64,000 bases of DNA from contig OZ025654.1 in NCBI GenBank assembly GCA_964019335.1, positions 807,494-871,493 on the forward strand, given 5' to 3'. This document shows, piece by piece, positions 56,684 to 64,000 of the stretch. Each line of letters begins with the position of its first letter. Position 1 is the first letter of the stretch. The translations under genes were made by a program, and so were the position numbers. This DNA is from Diplonema japonicum. Lineage: Eukaryota > Protista > Euglenozoa: Diplonemea. A model generated the notes under the pieces. That model made no database searches and was not told where the DNA came from. It was given only the letters and a program-made list of their open reading frames with translations.

Positions 56684-56819
56684 AATGTTGAAAACGCTCC
56701 AGCTATTTAGTTGCCAACAAACTTCTGATTGTTTTTTCCTCCTTTTTTTCCCCCGTCTTTTTTTTGGTTTCATTTTTGACTCCCTCGCAGTTTTTACCCC
56801 CAACTCAACGCAGGTAGAA

Positions 56820-57085
56820 CAGAATTTCCCTAATCGTGGCATTTTAAGGAAGTAAAGCACTTGCATCAGATGGCCAAAAAAATTGTCAAAATACCCCATC
56901 CTTAAAAAAAAAAAAAAAAAAAAGGAACTTCAAGGGTGGTTGGGTACGTTTTCCCCACGAAGAGACCCATTTTTTCCCCCACTCTGAAGCGCCGTATAAA
57001 ATCTCATTATTTAACTCGTCAAATAATGGCCGTTTCGCGTTAAATAATGAGGCCCCTAGTGAAGAAAATGACGAAGAGTGAAAAA
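56820..57085 (-). mobile_element. Solo 5' end of the tyrosine-recombinase element family 1
   Basis: Collinear with ~36000-36330, including CATTATTTAAC, GTTAAATAATGAGGCCCCTAGTGA and AAATGACGAAGAGTGAAA. Confidence 0.8.
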
Positions 57086-57263
57086 ATAAAAAAAAGAAGA
57101 AGAAGAAGAAAAGAAAAGAGTCAGTCTGTGGGTATTGAAACTTCGGCTGTAGTATGGTAAAATATGGTAAAACTTGTCGTTTTTGTAAGGGGGAAAAAAG
57201 CAAAACACCTGCAGAAAGTAAATCTTTACTCGGCACAGAGGAATACAAGTTTCTTATCATTAA

Positions 57264-57295
<32 letters not shown>

Positions 57296-57513
57296 AAGAA
57301 ATTAATAAAAGAAAAAGCGGCTCTTCAGGAGGTTTTTCTCACACTTTGCGTCGAAAGGAATTACGCATTCCCTATTTTTGTAGGAGAATGGCAGTGCGTT
57401 CCACGAGGCAGCAAGCCCCGACTCAACTCTTGTTTGGATTTTTTAAAAATCTCCTTTCCCCCTTTTTAAATTTCTTCCTTTTTTTTTTTTTCTTCTTTTT
57501 TTTTTTTTCTCCA

Positions 57514-57770
57514 GGTGGTAGGGATAATATGGAAATATAAAGAGTACATCAGATGTGTTGTTCGCTCGGTCATCACCGGTAGCGCCCGAGTGGGAGAAGC
57601 AGATGCTCTGGGAGACGAACAGGCAGCGAACTACACGGGCTCAGAATCTTGGTTACCCGGGGCGCCCCGGCTGGGGTTGAGATGCACACCGCACGCATTA
57701 AGGACACGACGCGGAACGCAGAAGAAGCCACAGCTAGGCCGAGGTGCGCCCCCACCGGCTTCCTTTAAAT
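57514..57770 (+). repeat. Family A repeat
   Basis: Homologous to 13984-14301. Confidence 0.75.
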
Positions 57771-58122
57771 CATCGATTTTTTTTTTTTTTTTTCTTTTTT
57801 TTTTCTTCGATAATGGAAAACCTTTTGTCCGTTGCACAAAAAAAAAAAAAAAAAAAACAGCATACTCCCTTTTTTTGTCTTTGTTTAACAGACCCCCCTT
57901 TTTTTCTTCTTTTTTTTTTTGCAAGATCAAGTAAAGAGGCTTTTGAAATAGAATTGTTATTGAAAGAAAAAAAGAGAGTACAGGCAGCTTACCCTACTGC
58001 AGGTGAAAACGGCTTGCACAAACAATCAGCCTGCTCTTTTTTTTCCAGCGGCCTTGTTACATAATTGCAGGTTAAAAAAAAAAAAACCGGCTCTAGTTCG
58101 GCTCTGAACACAAATGGGAACG

Positions 58123-58153
<31 letters not shown>

Positions 58154-58169
58154 CCCCCCACTCTTCTGA

Positions 58170-59480
58170 AATTACTTCACGCTAGATCTCCATCAAAAAG
58201 AGCTGAAGAACAACGCCAAAAAGCCTGTAAAGAAGGCAAACATCTTTTAGCAAATGTTGAGTGTCGGCCTTGCCCTGAAAGAACACAAAACCATTCCCTT
58301 GAACTACCTTGTTCAGGACAAAGCCCTTTTTGCTGCTGGTTCCACAGGTGAACTAAGCCTTCTTCTCGTACCCCAGGGACCAGCTCAAGACGTTTCAACA
58401 AGTATCTGTGACTAAAAAAATAGCCGAGATCTGAAGCGAGCACAAGTCTGCGAAAGGTCTTCATATGGCTGGAAATCGATTTCTATCGCAGAAGTAGAGG
58501 CTATATAAACAGATCAAATCTGCTTGTGACCATCGCGAACAAGATGCCACCCAACAAGTACCAATGCTCACCCACTCCGTTTGCCTCCGAAGGTTGCCAC
58601 ACACGCCTGTACCCCTTGTCACCCCTTTGTGCCCCTCGTGGTGAAGTAATTTCAGAGTGTCGTGAAACAAAACCACTTACCTACCGCCAAGGAATGCTTT
58701 ACCGACCCCGAGGTAACGGCAAAGTCATTACTTGGGAGGTTACAGGGTTACAACAAGTGAAAAGTGGGATTTGGGTTACAGGGTGGGAGACACGTCGCTA
58801 AATTTCAGTTTGTGCGACTCTTTGTCCTCATCCCGCTTGCAAACAAGCAAGCTGCATATGCCTGACGCACTATGTTGTAGGGGTCGCTGAATTTCATTGC
58901 CAGATACTCTTTCATTTCCTGACTAAACACTGAAAGCTTTTTCATGGCCTTCTTCAAAAGAAGTGCAACTCTGGGAAAGCTCTGCATTTTTTTACCGAAG
59001 TTTCGTTGGATGATGGCGTTGATCTTGCTGTAACTTGCCCTAAACCTAGGTGGAATAGGTGAAATTAGGCCCAGGAGTGAAATAATGTTACATTATTTCA
59101 CGCTCGAACATTATTTCACTCCTGGGCCTAATTTCAAGGTAAACTGGGAGTGAAAATAAAGCTGGGAGTAACATAAAGTAAAATCTTATTTTCACTCCCA
59201 CCCTTGGAAACCCGGCTCGAGTTATATAAAAAAAAATAGTAATTTACTGCCAACACCCTTTCAAACCCGGCTCTTGTTAAATAAAACAACGTATTAGTGA
59301 AAATAAGAACATTATTCCACTTGTGGTGGCAGGTTTAACTCGTAGCTTTTTACTTCACTCGCTGCGCTCGTGAAGTAAACAGGATATTAGTTCACGAGCG
59401 AAGCGAGTGAAGTAAGATCCCTACTCGTTAAACCCCCTGCCATCACGCGTGAAATAATGCTATCTTATTTTCACTTAATA
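58170..59480 (-). mobile_element. Degenerate tyrosine-recombinase element(s) (family 2) with palindromic ends
   Basis: KKLSVFSQE...YAACLFASGMR (58805-58987) aligns by eye to KKAEVFNME...MFVCGYYGGLR. Inverted repeat with 30-bp perfect arms at 59060-59136; hairpins at 58675-58742 and 59292-59480. Boundaries uncertain. Confidence 0.6.
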
Positions 59481-59501
59481 AATAGCTATTTTCCTTTTTG
59501 G

Positions 59502-59825
59502 AAGGATGCGATACATCTTAGGACGTATTCAGAAATGCACAGCAAAGAGTGGGAAGAATGCTTTCCCCGCCAACGCAAAGACAAGGGTACACACCCTTCG
59601 ACATCTTGGGGGCCCGACGACACACGGCTACGACAGGAGACCACTCTTCTCCTCGAGCCAAACCGCCCCCTACCTAGCACGACTCCAAGCAATGTTTCTC
59701 GCCCAGATGCCGTCCATCTCATCGCGACAAACAGCCACCGCAGGCACCAGACAGCACCGCAGAACGGTGACCGATTAGTGTGGATTTCTCCCTGAACGGT
59801 GAGCACCCACCCGCACACCGAAATT

Positions 59826-59832
<7 letters not shown>
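59502..59832 (+). mobile_element. 5'-truncated retroelement fragment, family L4
   Basis: Near copy of 13300-13610; encodes NAFPANAKTRVHTLRHLGGPTTHGYDRRPLFSSSQT. Confidence 0.72.
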
Positions 59833-59861
<29 letters not shown>

Positions 59862-59863
<2 letters not shown>

Positions 59864-61470
59864 GGCGAGGTTACGGACGGACGGTAAAGCGCAGAAGGAC
59901 AACGAGAGGGTCAGGACAGCTATAAACAGGCTGGAGAGACTCGCGATCACGCCGCTAAAACTGACGAAGGTGGCGTCGCGTGCCTTGTGGGGACCGAGGT
60001 ACAGGACACGAAACCCGGCGGCAGTGCTATCAATCCTCCATAAAGGACACACATACGACCCGGAGGTGGCCTCGCCATACCGCGCAATGGCTCTATTCCA
60101 CAGGGTGCACCAGAAGAAGGGGACAGTGTGGGAGAGATGTGAAAGGCTGGCAGTAGCATACCGCGAGGAAGGAAGAACAACACCGCTAGGTCCGGTAGGC
60201 AATATGCTGCGAAGGTGGCTTCCGAAAGTGGGTCTCGGCTGGACGGGGTTCACACAGAAGCTGAAGGAAGGGAAGGAACGTTTCGCGCACGAAATGCGGG
60301 AGAGGCTGAGGGTGGGACGCTCAAAAAGCATCGAACAGGTGAGGAGGTCGATGCGAGACCTGGGGGAAGGAGCGGACCCGAGTACGAACGAGCTCTGGCA
60401 GCGGCTGAGGAAGAGCAACGATCCGATAGCAGCCAGGGCCTTACAGCGGGTGATAACCGGGGGAGTTTTCTACATCAACCCCAGGGGGTGGCACACGGAC
60501 GCCAAGAAGAACATCGAACCGCCGAAGGAGGGAAAGGACACCACCTCAGAAGAGGAAGAAGAGGAAGAAGAAGAGGAAATGACGCGACCCACGAGGCGGC
60601 AGCCAGCACAGTACGTTAACTGTGACATATGTGAACACGAGGTGCATGAGCACGACATGCTCAAGCACGCGCTGTGGGACTGCGAGTTGGCAAGGGAAAT
60701 ACAGAACAAGGAAGCTAACAGAGCAGTGGTGGAAGAACGGACGGCCATGCCGAGGTGCATGCAGCTGCACGGAGTGCTGCCGCGAGGACACGACAAAGAG
60801 CATCTCAAGAGCCTGCAGCTCTACCTCCTGGAGGTGGTAACAGAACGAGACCGCCGCCTGCAAGAAAAGAGGGCACTGGAGAGGTACACGACTCACCCGT
60901 GGGAAGTGATCACAGACATGGAGACAACATGTAGGGGGGGGGGCTCATGAAACAGTACGGACAGGAGATCGTCAAATGGCTAGGGCAGCTCAAGTGGTAC
61001 CGGGGCCCGAGGAGAACAACGGTCACGACAATAGAGCTTGCGCTGGACTTCGAGAACAGCACAATGAAGTCGCTGGTGGGTGAACGTGGAGACCTGACAC
61101 TAATAGGTAAAAAGGCGAGACGGCTACATGGCCTGCTGGTGAGGCTGCAGGAAGGCTGGCAGGACGCGCGGATAAGGAGGAAGGTCAGGGGACACAGAGC
61201 CATACCGGCGGAGCAACGGCGGAACCACGGCCTGAGGACCATAGGGGGGAGAAAGGTCTTGGGCTGGGACAGAAGACCGCTGCACGTCTCGGAACAGACG
61301 AAGAAGGACCTCCAGAAACTGAGACAGCAGTGGCAGAAGGAGCGGGTGAGCGCCATGAGGGAGCGGGCTCAGCCCAAAAAGGAAAGACCGAAGCCGCTGA
61401 AGGGAGATAGGGGCAGGTAGAAGAACAAGACAGGACGTCCCAGATCAGGGATTTCCTTTTACCTCTTTAA
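59862..61470 (+). mobile_element. 5'-truncated non-LTR retrotransposon (family L3), C-terminal ~500 codons
   Basis: ORFs 59799-60950 and 60947-61420 are separated by a frameshift at a G10 run (60934-60943). Contains a CDIC...HALWDC zinc module, MPRCMQLHG and the ELALDFEN domain. Confidence 0.78.
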
Positions 61471-62052
61471 TTTTTTTTTTTTTTTTTTCAAGCGGATCCT
61501 GGATACGCTGCAAGCGACATGGATGAGGGAGAAGAGGAGACTCGCTTTTCCGGCGAGGTCCTTAATTATTAAGCTTTAATGACCCTTAACTGTAATCTTG
61601 TTTTATCCCCTAGAATAGCAATCCCCCCCAGGGCTATGTGGGTAGAGAAACGGGAAACGGGTCCGTTTCCTTATATCTTTTTTTTAAAAAAAAAGCTTAA
61701 AAAAAACCCCAGAGCTGATGAAGCCGAGAAGACGACGCACACGACCTGGGCAAAGCAAGGAGGATAGTTTTTTTTTTTTTTTTTTTTTTTACCTTAGAAA
61801 AATCTTCTTTTGAAAACTTTCTTTTTTCACTTTTACCGCGTTTTCAGGGGGCATGTCCCCCCCCCCCCCCCCCCCCGTAGTCCGGTGCCTTGAGGGAACT
61901 GGGGCATTTTAAAGAGAAGTGTCCTAGTCTGTGGCAGCTTGATACTTCTTCCAAATCGTCGATGTCGAACAAAGCTCTGTTATTTCAAAGTATCTTCCAT
62001 TCCATTAAGATGAAAACAAAAACGGTATATTTGGTTTGGTTTCTTTTTTTTT

Positions 62053-62368
62053 GGTGGTGGGGATAACATGAAAATATAAGAAAAACATCAGATGTGTTGT
62101 TCGCTGTTGACCTCCTCGTCGGTCATCACCGGTAGCGCCCGAGTGGAAGAACATAATGCAGATGCTCAGGGTGACGAACAGGCAGCAAACTGCACGAGCG
62201 CAGAATCTTGGTTACCCGGGACGCACCGGCTGGGGTTGAGCTGTACACCGCACGCATTAAGGACACGACGCGGAACGCAGAAGAAGCTACAACTCGGCCG
62301 CGGCGCGCCCCCTGTAATCAAGTAGACAGTTCTTGTGCAGGGCGCCGCCAACACCGGCCTCCTTTAAC
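62053..62368 (+). repeat. Family A repeat, full length
   Basis: Near-identical to 13984-14301. Confidence 0.8.
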
Positions 62369-64000
62369 ATATATATATATATTTTTTTTTTTGCATCAAT
62401 ACTTTCCGTTGCAAACCTAATATGCTCGGGTTTTCTTTTTGTTGTTCCTTTGTCCCCCCCCCCCTTTTTTTTGTTCCCGCAAGTGGTGCAGCTTGGGGGG
62501 GTTTTTTTTTAGCATACTTGGTTACTAGGTTAGTGCGCAGTTGTGCCCTCTTGTAGATCTGTGCATATCCGTCCTTGGCACTCTCCACTGTCAATTACGG
62601 AAGGAGATCACTTCCTCATCAGTGGGAACGGGAGTAGCACACATCTCAAGCAGCACACACCTGCGCATTTTGTCTCTCGATAACAACAACTCGAGAGGGG
62701 CGGACTTTGGTGGTTGAGGTGGTTTTTTGCGCCTTTGTGGCACAAGTGTGCAAGATTTAATTTGGCCTAATTTCGACCCCTTTGACCCCCCCCCCCCTGC
62801 CCCTGTTTGTTTGTTGTTTGTTTGGGGTACTTCCTTACTACCCCTCCCTTCCATTTTCGTTTTCTTCCCTGCTTCGCAGCGTCCCCACAAGGAGCTGGTA
62901 GGAGAGGACATTTGCCATGGAGGTGCCTCGACATCTCGGTCTCAGATCAATTCTAAGGGATCAGGAACAAGAAGAGGAACAAGCAATCTGGCTCACACCG
63001 CCTTTTCTTCTTTTTCTTTCTTTTTTTTTTTTTTTAACTTTTAGGTGAGCGCAAAAAGCATTAAAAGAATAGTTTTTTCTTCCCCCTCCCCTCCCCCGTG
63101 TAAAACCCTGTTTTTATTTTAATTTTTAAGGAAAATTGGGGCAAAATGGGGGGAAGAGACACACCCCCTTGACCTTTCTTGGTGCCGCTCGTTTTTTTTG
63201 CTCTCGAAATGAAGTAAAAAAAGAGGGAGAAAAGTTGGAAAGAATATTGTTTGTGCAACCATTTTACAATGGTGTGCTTCTTCCTATTCTTCTTTGTTTT
63301 CTTTTTGTTTTCCTACCCCCCCTTTTTTTTTCTTTCGGGATGCCCCTGTGATCAAGTAGACAGTGCTTGCAGGGCGCCATTAATATTGGCTCCTTCATCT
63401 CTTTTTGCCTCACCAACGCGGTGCCTTATAGACCCGTTTTTTTTTTTTTGTTTTCGTTTTTTTTTTTTGTTTGCAGAAGTATATGTTGTGGCAAAAAAAA
63501 AAAAAGAAAAAGAAGGGAAACAAAAAAAAAAAACTTTCAGTTTACCCCCCGAAGCACCTTTTTGACAGTGTAAGGACTCAAGAGAAATTTCTCGAGGCAC
63601 CGCTGATGCGGCACTTGAAACATCCTAACGCTGGTGTTTGGCTGCTTGCCCTCCTTTTTCCTCTTCTTTTTTGTAAGAACGAGTCTTTGACTTGTCTAAA
63701 CAAAAGGGGAACGTTGGCAACGTGTTTCGGGGTGACAAACTTCTCCAGGTTTTACCCGGCACGTACAAACAACGGCCAGTTCCTCTTTTTCTTTTCAAGG
63801 TTAATGGGGGGAGCAGTGTGCCCTCATTTAGTAATTGAAAATCAGATTTCGCCCGTGGGATCTCCAAGTGAAATCATGCGTTGTGTTGTGCGTCATGTTT
63901 GATTGGCATGTTATTTTTTTTTCTCCCCCTCTTTTTTTTCTTATTCTAACTTTGTTCTGTTCTTTTTTTTCTCTTTTTATTCTCGTGGGACTAGTTGTGC

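Noticed and set aside
62591-63044. Possible short gene or exon
   Set aside because: No recognisable motif and no consistent frame.
1-64000. rRNA, spliced-leader RNA, TnpB/Fanzor or Cas genes
   Set aside because: No matching motifs were seen by eye.

Overview
This is eukaryotic nuclear DNA, most likely from a euglenozoan and probably a diplonemid. That assignment is inferred from three things: all host genes lie on the + strand as in a polycistronic unit, pyrimidine tracts with an AG precede start codons, and the cyclase and zinc-finger families look euglenozoan. About 11 host genes are present. They are a partial cyclase-like protein, two OGFr/DUF1810-like paralogues, SAM synthetase, a receptor adenylate cyclase with two short introns, two CUB-WSC secreted proteins, a 7xCUB membrane protein, a TM-pseudocyclase-MAP3K kinase, a spliced CCCH zinc-finger protein and a CaMKK-receiver fusion. 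Most intergenic DNA is transposon debris: four piggyBac derivatives, a Sola2-like element plus ATAT-target MITEs, other MITEs, and 5'-truncated LINEs and SINE-like repeats. The most notable item is an intact Crypton-like tyrosine-recombinase element at 34649-36330. It has a ~120-nt terminal foldback hairpin, asymmetric inverted repeats and arrays of a GTTAAATAATG motif. Several related degenerate or non-autonomous ends with family-specific motifs are scattered through the window. All calls were made by eye; no searches were run.
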